DNA from: Leptolyngbyaceae cyanobacterium
GTDB taxonomy: Bacteria; Cyanobacteriota; Cyanobacteriia; Phormidesmidales; Phormidesmidaceae
Reading direction: 5' to 3'
NCBI GenBank assembly: GCA_965263355.1
Contig: CBDHHL010000032.1
Span: 192,001 to 256,000 of the forward strand
Length of the DNA stretch: 64,000 nucleotides
Positions 41,472 through 52,299 of this stretch are shown piece by piece; the first letter of the stretch is position 1; each line of letters begins with the position of its first letter. The notes beneath the pieces were generated by a model, which saw only the letters and a list, made by a program, of their open reading frames with translations, had not been told where the DNA came from and made no database searches. A program made the position numbers and the translations under genes.

Positions 41472-42023
41472 TTAATAGGCGTCGATAGAAGTGGAGCCCG
41501 GTGGACAATCCACGGTTCCCGTTTCCAAATTCAAGGTAGGAAGAGCGTCCCCGAGTTCAGAACTCTCGCAAATTTCAGTAACTGTTGTTGTTAATCCAGG
41601 GGATTCTTCAATAGCAAAGACAGCACCTGTATACCGTTTGAGAGGTTCTTCTACGGGAGTAGCCGTAATGATAACGCTAGCATTATCTGGCTGTACTGCC
41701 ATTGCGTAGGTATAATTTGCCGTTTGCGAGGGCAATCCTAGCTGTAACTCCTCAATTGAAGATGCAAACGCTTGGTTCTCTAGAAAATGGGCCTGTTGTG
41801 CTCGATTCATTGCACCTACAGAGGTTTTTGCTTCACTAGCCTTAGCCCTGTTGGCCTGGTTTAGGAAACTGGGTAGTGCGATCGCAGCCAAAAATCCAAG
41901 AATAACCACGCCCAAACCACCACAGCCCAAACAGCCAAGAACAATCCACACGACATTATTACTCTTACTTGGCTGAGATACAGGCTCTGATTCAAAATCG
42001 TTATTTGAAGATAGATCAGACAT
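41472..42023 (-). CDS. Type IV pilin-like G/H family protein
   Basis: LAAIALPSFLNQANRAK.SEAK..VGAMNRAQQAHFLE. Confidence 0.88.
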   Translation of the reverse strand: MSDLSSNNDFESEPVSQPSKSNNVVWIVLGCLGCGGLGVVILGFLAAIALPSFLNQANRAKASEAKTSVGAMNRAQQAHFLENQAFASSIEELQLGLPSQTANYTYAMAVQPDNASVIITATPVEEPLKRYTGAVFAIEESPGLTTTVTEICESSELGDALPTLNLETGTVDCPPGSTSIDAY

Positions 42024-42222
42024 TGAATGGTACCTAAATTGAGATTACTGGCTCAGAAAACTCTCCCGCTATCTGGCCAATCAGACAGAGCCGACCAGCC
42101 AATCAGAATAAGCAGGAGTTCTAGAACATAGTTCTGCTAGGTAAAAAGCTATACAGACCTGCCCCATCTATCTCTATCGGTAAAGTCTGTTTTAGGATTA
42201 ATAAATCACACTAACAGTCTCC

Positions 42223-42792
42223 CTAGTTAATGTTCAAAACAAACCCAGGTAAAACATCTTCTCCTGAAACCGTAGCCGGACATGTTATGACCTCTACTGC
42301 TTGCCCTGGCCGATAAATCTCAACGGCCTTTCCTTGGGGATTAATCAACCAGCCAAGGCGTAAACCACTATCAAGGTATTCCTGCATTTTTTCCTGCAGT
42401 GGTTTTAACCGATCGCTTTCAGAGCGCAGTTCAAGAACAAAATCAGGACAGATCGGGGGAAATTTTGTTTGTTGCTCTGGAGTTAACGCATTCCACCGCT
42501 CTCGCTGCACCCAGGCCGCATCCGGAGACCGATCTCCCCCATTGGGCAGATTGAAAACCGTTGAGGAACTAAACACCTCTCCCAAACCACTTTGGCGATT
42601 CCAGATTCCCAAATCGATAATGTAGTTTGCTTCCTGTCTACCACTTTCACCACCGACTGGGGGCATGATAATTAACTTTCCTCCTGAACTCCGTTCCATG
42701 GCAATGTCTCTGTTTGCCATGCATAGTTTGTAGAACTGCTCATGGGTCAGCTCCTCGACTAAGGGATCTAAATTGAGATTGATGGCAGTCAT
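42223..42792 (-). CDS. Uma2 family endonuclease
   Basis: FSSSTVF.LPNG.DRSPDAAW, CPDFVLELRS, KMQEY, LGWLINP. Confidence 0.95.
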   Translation of the reverse strand: MTAINLNLDPLVEELTHEQFYKLCMANRDIAMERSSGGKLIIMPPVGGESGRQEANYIIDLGIWNRQSGLGEVFSSSTVFNLPNGGDRSPDAAWVQRERWNALTPEQQTKFPPICPDFVLELRSESDRLKPLQEKMQEYLDSGLRLGWLINPQGKAVEIYRPGQAVEVITCPATVSGEDVLPGFVLNIN

Positions 42793-42909
42793 CACAGGTG
42801 AGCCGATCTATCTTTAACGCTTCTATTTTAAGCGGTCTAGCTTTTGGCAGTATAAATTTTTTGCATTTCAAGGACTCGCGGGTAAATAAATCCCACCGAT
42901 GTCCTGCTT

Positions 42910-43977
42910 TTATTGAAAGCCTTGGCCCCGAGTCGCAGGTTTCCAAATCAGGATTTCTCCCTGGTCACCGCCTGCAGCTAAATAGGTGCCCTGAGGATGC
43001 CATGCTATGGCTGAAAACCCGGATTCGACGCCTTTCAGGGTTTGTTGTAAAGATTTAGCATTTTTCCATAGACAGAGCTGACCGTCTTGGGCCGCTGAAG
43101 CCAGTAGACGAGTGGTGGGATGAAATGCGATCGCAACCACCGTTCCCCCATGGGTTGCCAACACACGATTTTCCCAATCCTGGCCCTGTCGCTGCCACAC
43201 CGTCACCCCATCCAGACAGGCCGCTGCCACCATCGACGGCTGATTGGCCACAGGCACAGCCCAGGCCACCTGTCGCACTTTCCCCGGAAACCCTTGCATC
43301 AGCCAGGGAGGCGGATTTCCCCAGGACACTACCGTCAGTGTGCGATCCAGATTGCCAGATGCCAAATAGCGACCATCCAACGACCAGGCCACCGCCATAC
43401 TAGCCCCCGGCACCTCCACAAACTCAGGCTCAGCTATCCAGTCAGCGCTTTGCCACACCTTTATCCCCGTATGACCGCTAGCAGCCAGCAATGTACCGTC
43501 AGGATGCCACGCTAGAGCTAATACAGAGGACTCTTTGAAATCCAAACCGGTAAGGGTTTTTGAACTCCCACAGTCCCACACCTGAAGGTGATTCCCCGCC
43601 CCAAAGGCCAACCAAGAAATCCCTGGATGCCATGCCAGTTGATCAATCCAACGGTGAGGATTTGGCAAAACAGTTGGTGGCTGGTCTAAAGAAGACGTTT
43701 GCCAGATAAATACATCTCCCCGTTGGCCTGCTGCCGCCAAGTATTGACCATTGGCAGAAAACCCTAAGCAATCAATGGCACTGTCCGATTGAGCAGGCAG
43801 TAAGGAAATCAGGGTTGTCTCTGTCCAAATAACAACTTCGCCGCTAGCGGAAGCAACCGCCAAAGAATCTCCCTTAGGAGACCAGGCTAAAGCAGTTACA
43901 TAGTCACCCAGTTGCCCCCGCCAATGTATCTTAAAGGCATCTGCACGAGAGCGATTTTTACGTGTCTTTGCCGTCAT
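42910..43977 (-). CDS. WD40-repeat protein coupled to the CobW gene
   Basis: Repeated LAWHP/AWS motifs; ATGA overlap with the upstream GTPase. Confidence 0.9.
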   Translation of the reverse strand: MTAKTRKNRSRADAFKIHWRGQLGDYVTALAWSPKGDSLAVASASGEVVIWTETTLISLLPAQSDSAIDCLGFSANGQYLAAAGQRGDVFIWQTSSLDQPPTVLPNPHRWIDQLAWHPGISWLAFGAGNHLQVWDCGSSKTLTGLDFKESSVLALAWHPDGTLLAASGHTGIKVWQSADWIAEPEFVEVPGASMAVAWSLDGRYLASGNLDRTLTVVSWGNPPPWLMQGFPGKVRQVAWAVPVANQPSMVAAACLDGVTVWQRQGQDWENRVLATHGGTVVAIAFHPTTRLLASAAQDGQLCLWKNAKSLQQTLKGVESGFSAIAWHPQGTYLAAGGDQGEILIWKPATRGQGFQ

Positions 43978-44951
43978 ACCAAGCAAGCCCGAAAGCCGTC
44001 CCTTAGCTCAGCCTCATTTAGATTACGACCAATAAATACCAGCTCACTCTTACGGGTTTCCGATGGTTTCCAGGGACGCTCAACCTTGCCATCAAAAATC
44101 ATATGCACCCCTTGAAAGACAAATCGATTGTCTTCCCCTTCAATATTGAGAATCCCCTTCATCCGAAAAATATCCGGACCTTTAGTCTGCAATAGTTCCG
44201 ACATCCAGGCATTGAGTTTCTCTTTGTCTAATGTGCCATTCTCCACAAAAGCTAAAGAATAAACCGACTCATCGTGTTCGTGGGCATCTTCATTCAAAAA
44301 TTCAGGGTCTATCTCCAGTGCCCGGTCCAAATCAAACGCCCGCACACCCAAAATAGACTCCATCTGCAGTTCTGAGTTCTGAGTGCGATAGATTTTCACC
44401 AGAGCATTCATGTCGCGAATTTTGCTCTCCAGGGTATCCAGCTCCTCTGGAGTGACCAGATCCACCTTGTTTAATAAAATCACATCAGCAAAAGCAATCT
44501 GTTCCTGGGCTTCATCACTATCCCAATGCTGGTGAATATGCTTTGCATCCACTACAGTGACTACTGCATCTAACAACAGCTGAGACTGAATATCCTCATC
44601 CACAAAAAACGTCTGAATCACAGGGGCTGGATCCGCCAGACCCGTGGTTTCAATCACCAGGTGATCAAATTTGTCCCGTCGCCGCATCAGATTACCGATA
44701 ATGCGAATCAAATCCCCCCGCACGGTGCAACAGATGCAGCCATTATTCATCTCGAAGATTTCTTCATCAGCGTCGATCACCAGCTGATTATCAATCCCCA
44801 CCTCACCAAACTCATTCACAATCACAGCAACTTTCATGCCATGCTCATGGGTGAGAATATTATTGAGCAATGTGGTCTTCCCAGCCCCTAAATATCCTGT
44901 AAGTACCGTAACAGGAACAGTTTTTAACGCTTCGGGAGCCGCAGTGACCAT
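43974..44951 (-). CDS. COG0523/CobW family metallochaperone GTPase
   Basis: GYLGAGKTT, NEFG, GCICC, ETTGLA, NKVD, FRMKG, LVFIG. Confidence 0.95.
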   Translation of the reverse strand: MVTAAPEALKTVPVTVLTGYLGAGKTTLLNNILTHEHGMKVAVIVNEFGEVGIDNQLVIDADEEIFEMNNGCICCTVRGDLIRIIGNLMRRRDKFDHLVIETTGLADPAPVIQTFFVDEDIQSQLLLDAVVTVVDAKHIHQHWDSDEAQEQIAFADVILLNKVDLVTPEELDTLESKIRDMNALVKIYRTQNSELQMESILGVRAFDLDRALEIDPEFLNEDAHEHDESVYSLAFVENGTLDKEKLNAWMSELLQTKGPDIFRMKGILNIEGEDNRFVFQGVHMIFDGKVERPWKPSETRKSELVFIGRNLNEAELRDGFRACLV

Positions 44952-45103
44952 AGGGCAATTATCCTTAAAATGCATTGCCTATGATTATGGGAATCGAACT
45001 AGATCAGAAATGTTCACAGCAAACAAAATGATCTATCTATTTGTAAAGTTTGGTACAAAACAGCGATGGTGTACCTCAACGTATCCTGTTAAAAATGCAG
45101 TAA

Positions 45104-45973
45104 CTACGCCAGGGTGCTACACCCCTTAGGATTTTTGGATATCAGTGTTTTTATTTTGCTCTGCTCCGGCTGCTCCGGATGTTCCAATGCATACAGATAA
45201 GCACTAGAAACACTGTGATTATCCACAACCGAGCTGTACTGTGCCGTAAAACCTACCGGTACACCCACATGCTTATAAATTGGCCAAGGTAAACTGCTAG
45301 ATGTTGCCGATAAAGGAACGTTGGGAACAACATCGCAGGTATTGACAACTCGATAGGTCAAAACTCCGTTGGCATTATAGGCAGTGGCAAACTCTAGATC
45401 CCCTGTGCGCGGACTAGCCAGGTTATAGTGAATCACCGGCAGACTGGCTTTGTATTCAGTATTAGTAATAATATCTGGCACCGCCAGGGTCGATAGAGAT
45501 GAACCCAGGCTGTGGCCAGTAACGTAGAGTTTCTTAGGATGAGAAATCTTCTCTAGGCACTGATGGATCGCCTGACTCATGGTCTCATAAATCAGAAAGA
45601 ATCCGCAGTGAACCTGTCCATAGCCGGGGGCTAGACTATAGTCTGTCTGCCCCAATTTCAGGTTCTCGCTCCAATCAGAATGAGACTCTGTTCCCCGAAA
45701 TACTAGATAGACTGTGCCATCTTCGGCAGTGGCGACAAAAGCAAAGGGCTCTGCTATTTCAAAAATATCGAAGAACTTTTTATCCTCCCCCCAAATGGGC
45801 TTGCTGTAGGTCAGTTTTGGGCCATGAGGTATCCAGGTAAATTGCTGCTCAGGAGGCTTACCCTGCTTAACCCATTGGCTATACATGTCATAGGCCGTAA
45901 CCACTAACCGATTGAGAAAAATCGCGTCTTGGAGTTCAAAATTAACAGGGAAATACAATGGAGAACCGCTCAT
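45104..45973 (-). CDS. Class 3 lipase family protein
   Basis: FRGTES, VHCGF, TGHSLGS, SPRTGD, DVVPNVP. Confidence 0.88.
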   Translation of the reverse strand: MSGSPLYFPVNFELQDAIFLNRLVVTAYDMYSQWVKQGKPPEQQFTWIPHGPKLTYSKPIWGEDKKFFDIFEIAEPFAFVATAEDGTVYLVFRGTESHSDWSENLKLGQTDYSLAPGYGQVHCGFFLIYETMSQAIHQCLEKISHPKKLYVTGHSLGSSLSTLAVPDIITNTEYKASLPVIHYNLASPRTGDLEFATAYNANGVLTYRVVNTCDVVPNVPLSATSSSLPWPIYKHVGVPVGFTAQYSSVVDNHSVSSAYLYALEHPEQPEQSKIKTLISKNPKGCSTLA

Positions 45974-46043
45974 AAACGGTTCCTGAAATGAGACAAATCT
46001 ATATTTCCCTTTAGAACCCCTACCATATCGAATAGCCCCATAG

Positions 46044-47333
46044 TTACGAACCCAATGCTACCTCATTCACGTGATGCCCAAACTGTCGCGGCAGCACCCG
46101 GTTCTTCAAGGCAATACAGTCAGCTAAGTATTGGGCATCGCGGGCAATCCCTGAGAATCGTCCTGACCCCCAGGTATAGAGCCAGGGCAACCCTAAGAAA
46201 TACAGCCCTTGTATGGGTGTCACCCCACGTTCATGACCAGGATAGCCTTTACCATCAAAAACAGGAATATCTATCCAGCTAAAGTCTGTGTGGTAACCCG
46301 TAGACCAAATCACTGTCGAAATATTGGAGGTTTGCAAATTTAACGACAAAAACTTTGTTTCAGGTATCCACATTGCCTGATATGGGGCTTCAGCCGGAGC
46401 ATCGAGTTGATGGTTATCAATATAGTCATCAATAGTGCGCTTGATGCTCTCAGCGACAGCATCAGCCTGATCCAGATTGTGCTTGAGGTCATCTTTAAAT
46501 TGAAGCTGGTCTGTAGTAATGTCTTTCAGTCTGCCATAAAGACACATTCCTTCCAGAGCAAACCGTCGTAGATCAATCTCTCGACCACCGTCTCGCCCGG
46601 TCACGTAGTGATTTGTCTTTGTGCGAACCGATTCTTTTTGTGGATGATCATTGATGGACATGTCGTAGTAGCCCATTTGATCCAACCAGTCCACCACATC
46701 CTTACCCCGATAGGTACGGGGCGCACGGGGCGCACCACCCACACACAGGTGCACCTGTTTTCCTGCCAGGTGTAAGTCCTCTGCAATCTGACATCCGGAC
46801 TGGCCGGTGCCAACTATCAACACGGCACCATCGGGTAAAGAGTCTGGATTTTTATACTCTGATGAATGCAGCTGGGTAATATCTGTTGGCATTCGTTCTG
46901 CCATTCTAGGAATTTTGGGCGTATGGTAACCGCCAGTCGCCACCACCACCTGATCTGCAATATAGTGACCAATGGATGTCTCAATATCAAAGACATTCTC
47001 AGGCTTGCTTACTTTTGAAACCGTTACGCCTTCTTTAATCAAAGGTTTAAAGGAGTCAGCATAGTCTTCGATGTATTGAACAATTTCGTCTCGCTGCATA
47101 AACCCATTGGGGGCATCACCAGCATAGGGATAGCCCGGCAACATACACTGCCAGTTGGGCGTTACCAGGCAAAATGCATCCCACCGCTTTGAGCGCCAGG
47201 AATGGGCAACCCTATTTTTCTCAAAAATGATGTGATCAATACCGCGCTGCTTCAAGCAATAGCTGATGGACAATCCTGCTTGACCACCACCAACAATCGC
47301 AACGGGAAAATGTGAACTGGTTAATGCACGCAT
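46044..47333 (-). CDS. nitH: MSMEG_0569-family flavin-dependent oxidoreductase (Nit1C NitH)
   Basis: GGGQAG, RWDAFCLVTPNWQC, GTGQSGCQIAEDL, NHYVTGRDGG, TWGSGRF. Confidence 0.9.
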   Translation of the reverse strand: MRALTSSHFPVAIVGGGQAGLSISYCLKQRGIDHIIFEKNRVAHSWRSKRWDAFCLVTPNWQCMLPGYPYAGDAPNGFMQRDEIVQYIEDYADSFKPLIKEGVTVSKVSKPENVFDIETSIGHYIADQVVVATGGYHTPKIPRMAERMPTDITQLHSSEYKNPDSLPDGAVLIVGTGQSGCQIAEDLHLAGKQVHLCVGGAPRAPRTYRGKDVVDWLDQMGYYDMSINDHPQKESVRTKTNHYVTGRDGGREIDLRRFALEGMCLYGRLKDITTDQLQFKDDLKHNLDQADAVAESIKRTIDDYIDNHQLDAPAEAPYQAMWIPETKFLSLNLQTSNISTVIWSTGYHTDFSWIDIPVFDGKGYPGHERGVTPIQGLYFLGLPWLYTWGSGRFSGIARDAQYLADCIALKNRVLPRQFGHHVNEVALGS

Positions 47334-47587
47334 CGACTCGACCCCTGATAACAATGGGTTATAGTTCAACCATAAAAAGTAGAACCAGAACAACCTGTAG
47401 CGAGGGTTACCAAAAATCCACATCTCGGCTTAAAGGCAGGGTATAGCCAGAGGCAACTATCAATAACGTCAGGGCATTCTGCCTCTGCAAATTAAAACCT
47501 GCACTTTTTGACAGGGGTCGATTCTATAAAGTTCAAAATTTATTAGGCTCAACTCTATAGATTTATAGGTATTGCCGTTAGATCCAA

Positions 47588-47611
47588 GGGCATTGCATGC
47601 AATGCTCCTAC
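47588..47611. repeat. Degenerate GTAG-type REP-like palindrome
   Basis: GGGCATTGCATGCAATGCTCCTAC, same core as 24945. Confidence 0.75.
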
Positions 47612-47684
47612 GAAACATCACTAAATTCTCTGTCGCAAACATTAAACTGTTTTGGCTGTCTCATTTGTCAGGATTGCCCATTCT

Positions 47685-47726
47685 GTAACAACAGATACGA
47701 GAATTCGGACAAAGACCCTCTAAGCT
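47685..47726 (+). promoter_or_regulatory. Canonical NtcA-activated promoter
   Basis: GTA-ACAACAGA-TAC (47685-47698), 22-nt spacer, -10 TAAGCT (47721-47726). Confidence 0.85.
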
Positions 47727-47759
47727 GCTGACACATTCACATTGGGAGTGACACAGAGA

Positions 47760-48242
47760 ATGCCTGCAGTAACTGCGACCGCCCATAAGGCTGGCGATTT
47801 TTTTGTTGATTACGAAGAGAAAGTTTTCCCAGATGTTCAAGCGGAACCAGGTGAGAAGGCGCTTGTTGCTTTCCATACGGTTGCCTTTGAGGGGTCCATT
47901 GGTTTGGTTAATTTGTTACAGGCTACTCGACTGATCCGTAAGGGGTTTGAGACGTCAGTCCTGCTTTATGGTCCTGGGGTTACCCTGGGGGTACAGCGTG
48001 GTTTTCCTAAGATTGGTGATGAGGCTTTCCCTGGGCATTTGGCCATGAATAACCAGCTGGTGAAGGTGATGGAAGAGGGGGGTAAGGTCTATGCTTGCCG
48101 GTTTGCTCTCCAGGCGCTTTATGGTCATGGGGAACCCTCTCTAATTCCTGGAATTACACCGATTAATCCCTTGGATGTATTGGATATTGTTCTGCTACAC
48201 CGTAAAGAAGGGGCATTCGTTCTTGATACTTGGACAATGTAG
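47760..48242 (+). CDS. nitB: MSMEG_0572/Sll0783 family nitrogen-starvation protein (NitB)
   Basis: [38 protein letters not shown]. Confidence 0.93.
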   Translation: MPAVTATAHKAGDFFVDYEEKVFPDVQAEPGEKALVAFHTVAFEGSIGLVNLLQATRLIRKGFETSVLLYGPGVTLGVQRGFPKIGDEAFPGHLAMNNQLVKVMEEGGKVYACRFALQALYGHGEPSLIPGITPINPLDVLDIVLLHRKEGAFVLDTWTM

Positions 48243-48296
48243 GGATTGAGTGATTTTTTAGCACAACTTTGAAACCATAGGGGGGAGAAAGTGGCG

Positions 48297-49310
48297 ATGG
48301 ACTATTCTCGCACCGTAAGGGCAGCTGCAGTACAGATTTCGCCTGTGCTTTATAGCTGTGACGGTACGTTGGAGAAAGTTTTAAAGGCGATTGATGATGC
48401 AGCTAAAGAGGGTGCAGAGTTAATTGTCTTTCCAGAAACCTTTGTCCCCTACTATCCTTATTTTTCGTTTGTATTACCACCTGTACTCATGGGCAAAGAG
48501 CATATGAAGCTCTATGAGCAGGCGGTTGAGGTGCCAGGTCCGGTTACAGAGGCTGTGAGCCGTGCTGCTAGCCGTTACCAAATGGTTGTAGTTTTGGGGG
48601 TAAATGAGCGAGATAAGGGCTCTCTCTATAACACTCAACTAGTTTTTGATGCGGATGGCACTTGTTTGCTAAAGCGGCGTAAGATTACGCCTACCTACCA
48701 TGAACGCATGGTATGGGGGCAGGGTGATGGTTCTGGACTGCGGGTGTGTGATACGGCAGTTGGTCGAGTAGGCTCTCTAGCTTGCTGGGAACATTACAAT
48801 CCGTTGGCTCGCTATAGCTTGATGGCAGAGCATGAACAGATTCACTGTGCCCAGTTTCCTGGGTCTATGGTGGGGGACATTTTTGCTGACCAGACTGAGG
48901 TGACTTTGCGGCACCATGCACTGGAGTCGGGTTGTTTTGTGGTGAATGCTACGGGCTGGTTAACGGCTGAACAGGTGAGTGAGATTGCGCCTAGTGAGGG
49001 ATTGGAAAAGGTCCTGCGGGGTGGGTGCTACACGGCCATTATTAGTCCAGAGGGGGTACCGCTGTGTGAGCCGATTCGGGAAGGGGAGGGAATTGCGATC
49101 GCACCCCTAGACTTCTCTCTTATCACTAAGCGTAAGCGCATGATGGATTCCGTTGGCCATTACTCTCGGCCTGATTTGCTGCAGCTTGCGGTCAATAAAT
49201 CTGCGTATTCTGTTGTATCTTGTGAAATGACGACATCGGTTGAAGAGGATGAACCGTACCCACCCTACGAATGTGCGACATCCCCTAATCCCGAGGCTTT
49301 GCCCGAATAA
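48297..49310 (+). CDS. nitC: Nit6803-family nitrilase (NitC)
   Basis: Catalytic triad [34 protein letters not shown]. Confidence 0.96.
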   Translation: MDYSRTVRAAAVQISPVLYSCDGTLEKVLKAIDDAAKEGAELIVFPETFVPYYPYFSFVLPPVLMGKEHMKLYEQAVEVPGPVTEAVSRAASRYQMVVVLGVNERDKGSLYNTQLVFDADGTCLLKRRKITPTYHERMVWGQGDGSGLRVCDTAVGRVGSLACWEHYNPLARYSLMAEHEQIHCAQFPGSMVGDIFADQTEVTLRHHALESGCFVVNATGWLTAEQVSEIAPSEGLEKVLRGGCYTAIISPEGVPLCEPIREGEGIAIAPLDFSLITKRKRMMDSVGHYSRPDLLQLAVNKSAYSVVSCEMTTSVEEDEPYPPYECATSPNPEALPE

Positions 49311-49396
49311 ACGACCTGGTTTAGGACGGTAGGCATTGCCCGCCCTACGAACCTGAATCATAATTTAATTTAGATATTTCTTTTGTTTGCCACATC

Positions 49397-50476
49397 ATGA
49401 ATGCACAGCAGGTGATTACCGAGCTTCAGACCAAGGGCCTTAACCTGGTTACCGACACTGGCGCATCAGGACGTAAGGGAGGAGCCGGTCCATCGGACCA
49501 TAAAGCAGTCACTATTGATAAAACAACGTTTATGGTTCCGGTCTATACCAACGGTGTAACTGAGTCTCCTTACAGCGTGAAACAGGAAGCAGGTCAGTCT
49601 GTTCTTACAAAAGATGATCAGGCGATCACCGAGCTAGATTTTCCAGAGAAACCAAAATTTTACGGTCTCACCACTGCTGAGGGAATTCCCTATTGGAAAA
49701 TCGCTTTGCTCCATAGTCATAACGTTCTTGCTACCACGGTTCTTCAAACCTGTATCCGCTATGAGAATCGCAAGACGGCCTGTCAGTTTTGTGCCATTGG
49801 CCAGTCATTAGAGGCAGGTCGAACCATTGCCCAGAAAACACCACAACAGCTAGCTGAAGTGGCTGAAGCCGCTGTACGTTTGGACGGGGTGGAACATATG
49901 ATTATGACCACGGGGACTCCGAATACAACGGATCGAGGGGCCGCCTATCTGACGGAATGTGCCCAGGCAATTCGGGCTCGTGTGGCTCTGCCCATGCAGG
50001 CTCAATGTGAACCTCCGAATGATTTTGTCTGGTTTGAACGGATGCGAGCAGCAGGTATTGACAGTTTAGGTATGCACCTGGAAGCTGCGGCTCCTGAGGT
50101 GCGGGCTAAGATTATGCCAGGCAAAGCTAAGGTGCCCTTATCTTACTATTTCAAAGCGTTTGAAGCGGCTACCAACGTCTTTGGTCGGGGTCAGGTGAGT
50201 ACTTACTTGTTGGCAGGCTTAGGGGATAGCAAAGAGACATTATTAGAGATCAGCAAGCGGTTGATTGACATAGGTGTTTATCCATTTGTTGTTCCTTTTG
50301 TGCCGATTGGGGGAACGCCGTTAGCAAACCATAGGCCTCCTAGTAGTGAGTTTATGGTTGACCTCTATCAGGGGATTGGTCAGATGTTGAAGCAGGCGAA
50401 TTTGTTGTCACATGATATGAAGGCAGGCTGCGCTAAGTGTGGAGCATGTTCAGCGTTGTCTTTATTTGAGAAGTAA
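49397..50476 (+). CDS. nitD: MSMEG_0568-family radical SAM protein (NitD)
   Basis: GGAGPSDH, CIRYENRKTACQFCAI, terminal CAKCGACS. Confidence 0.93.
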   Translation: MNAQQVITELQTKGLNLVTDTGASGRKGGAGPSDHKAVTIDKTTFMVPVYTNGVTESPYSVKQEAGQSVLTKDDQAITELDFPEKPKFYGLTTAEGIPYWKIALLHSHNVLATTVLQTCIRYENRKTACQFCAIGQSLEAGRTIAQKTPQQLAEVAEAAVRLDGVEHMIMTTGTPNTTDRGAAYLTECAQAIRARVALPMQAQCEPPNDFVWFERMRAAGIDSLGMHLEAAAPEVRAKIMPGKAKVPLSYYFKAFEAATNVFGRGQVSTYLLAGLGDSKETLLEISKRLIDIGVYPFVVPFVPIGGTPLANHRPPSSEFMVDLYQGIGQMLKQANLLSHDMKAGCAKCGACSALSLFEK

Positions 50477-50478
50477 TT

Positions 50479-50991
50479 ATGAAAAAACGTACCTATAGTT
50501 TTCAACTTGCCCTATCAAAACCTAATGTCGCTGACTATTTCGAGCTGCGGCAACAGATTTTTTGTGAGGAACAAAGATTGTTCCAGGAGCATGATCGGGA
50601 TACTATTGACCATAGCTCATACCCGATTGTGGCCATTGCCCATACCCCTGATAAACCAGACCAGGTTGTTGGTGTTGTACGCATCTATGAGGACAAGCCT
50701 CGTCTCTGGTATGGCGGTCGCTTAGGGGTACATCCCGACTTCCGCAGAGTGGGTCGGATTGGCAAAGGGTTAATTCAAAAAGCAGTGACGACAGCAAATA
50801 CTTGGGGGTGCGATCGCTTCCTCGCCACCGTTCAACTGCAAAATGTTCGCTTCTTCACCCGACTCCACTGGCATAGCCTAGAAGAGATTGAAGTTTTAGG
50901 CCATCCTCACCATCTTATGGAAGCCGATTTGGAGTACTACCCTGCTACGGATCAGGTGCGTCCAGCGTTGCCGCTTAAGCAAGTGGCTTAA
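50479..50991 (+). CDS. nitE: MSMEG_0567/Sll0786 GNAT acetyltransferase (NitE)
   Basis: IFCEEQ, WYGGRLGV, FLATVQLQNVRFF, HHLMEADL. Confidence 0.92.
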   Translation: MKKRTYSFQLALSKPNVADYFELRQQIFCEEQRLFQEHDRDTIDHSSYPIVAIAHTPDKPDQVVGVVRIYEDKPRLWYGGRLGVHPDFRRVGRIGKGLIQKAVTTANTWGCDRFLATVQLQNVRFFTRLHWHSLEEIEVLGHPHHLMEADLEYYPATDQVRPALPLKQVA

Positions 50992-51044
50992 GGGAAGACT
51001 GTAGAGTGATAGAGTCAGGGAGAAGGGGCCGGGGATGAGGGCCA

Positions 51045-52043
51045 ATGCCTACCAACGATAAAACCACTAACTCAAAGAGTCTCCCTGAGCTAATTTTTTC
51101 TCTCCAGAACTCTGTTAGCATCCTCCATAAACAAGACATTCAAACCGCTGCGAATACTATCGGTCAATACGTCTGCACTGCCAGCGGCGCACCTATCCAC
51201 TTGGGTGATGACTGCGCTGCCATCCCCGACGGCGACAGCTATCTCCTCCTCGCTGCAGAGGGTCTCTGGCCCCAATTGGTTACCCAAGATCCTTGGTTCG
51301 CCGGATGGTGTGCCATTATGGTCAACATTTCCGATATCGCTTCCATGGGGGGAACTCCCATGGCTGTCGTTGATGCATTGTGGAGTCAGTCTGTTACCGC
51401 CAGTCAGCCCCTTTGGCAAGGCATGCTGACAGCTGCGCGGGCTTACAATGTGCCCATTGTCGGTGGCCATACGAATTGCCATAGTCCCTACGATGGTCTC
51501 GCGGTAGCCATTCTAGGACGAGCCCAGCAGCTGATTACCAGCTTTGATGCCCAGCCTGGTGATGATTTAGTGATGGTTGTGAATATGGCCGGTAGCTACT
51601 ACGGGGATTATCCGTTTTGGAATTCAGCCACAGCAACTGCACCAGCCATACTACAACAACAGATAGCCCTCCTCCCTAAACTTGCCGAGAGCGGTTTATG
51701 CAAGGCAGGAAAAGACATCAGTATGGGAGGACTGGCAGGCACCCTACTCATGTTTGCCGAGGCCTCAGATGTGGGTGCTGTTTTAGATCTGGATTTAGTT
51801 CCTCGCCCAAAGGATATTCCCTGGCAGAAATGGTTGACCAGTTTTCCCAGCTTTGGTTTTTTATTCAGCGTACCCCCTGAAAAGCTGGGGCAAGTGCAAG
51901 GGTTGTTTCTGCCCCATGGGTTAGCGTGTAAAGCGGTTGGCAAAGTGACAACCGGGTCTCAAATTATTCTGCAGCAGGCGGGAAAACAAGCATTGTTTTG
52001 GGACATGACCCATGGGTTAACCGGTTTTAGGCAGCAAGGCTAG
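51045..52043 (+). CDS. nitF: Sll0787-family AIR synthase-like protein (NitF)
   Basis: GDDCAAI, MVNISDIASMGG, VGGHTN, KDISMGG. Confidence 0.92.
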   Translation: MPTNDKTTNSKSLPELIFSLQNSVSILHKQDIQTAANTIGQYVCTASGAPIHLGDDCAAIPDGDSYLLLAAEGLWPQLVTQDPWFAGWCAIMVNISDIASMGGTPMAVVDALWSQSVTASQPLWQGMLTAARAYNVPIVGGHTNCHSPYDGLAVAILGRAQQLITSFDAQPGDDLVMVVNMAGSYYGDYPFWNSATATAPAILQQQIALLPKLAESGLCKAGKDISMGGLAGTLLMFAEASDVGAVLDLDLVPRPKDIPWQKWLTSFPSFGFLFSVPPEKLGQVQGLFLPHGLACKAVGKVTTGSQIILQQAGKQALFWDMTHGLTGFRQQG

Positions 52044-52299
52044 CTAGAAAAAATTGAGGGGTGCGATCTCATATCCGTCCTTTTACTACCAGGTATCGAA
52101 TTACGCATAGTGCATTTTTAGTGCATTTCACTTAAATAATGATTAAACAATCAGAAAATAGATAGCTAGATATCCTGATAATTAAACAATCTACCTGTAG
52201 CTACCTGTAGGGTGTAAAACTATCTTTAATCGGTAAGATTAAGCACATCACTAGTTGGACATGCTGGCAATGGAATGCTTATCCGGAGGCTAAATCAAT

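Noticed and set aside
44981..45005. GTTCGATTCCC tRNA T-loop-like word and possible Zur box upstream of cobW
   Set aside because: No T-stem pairing or cloverleaf; only about 10/15 match to TGATAATNATTATCA
47334..47684. Search for nitG or a guanidine riboswitch between nitH and nitB
   Set aside because: No WPDG/YSPS-type ORF and no ykkC core motifs
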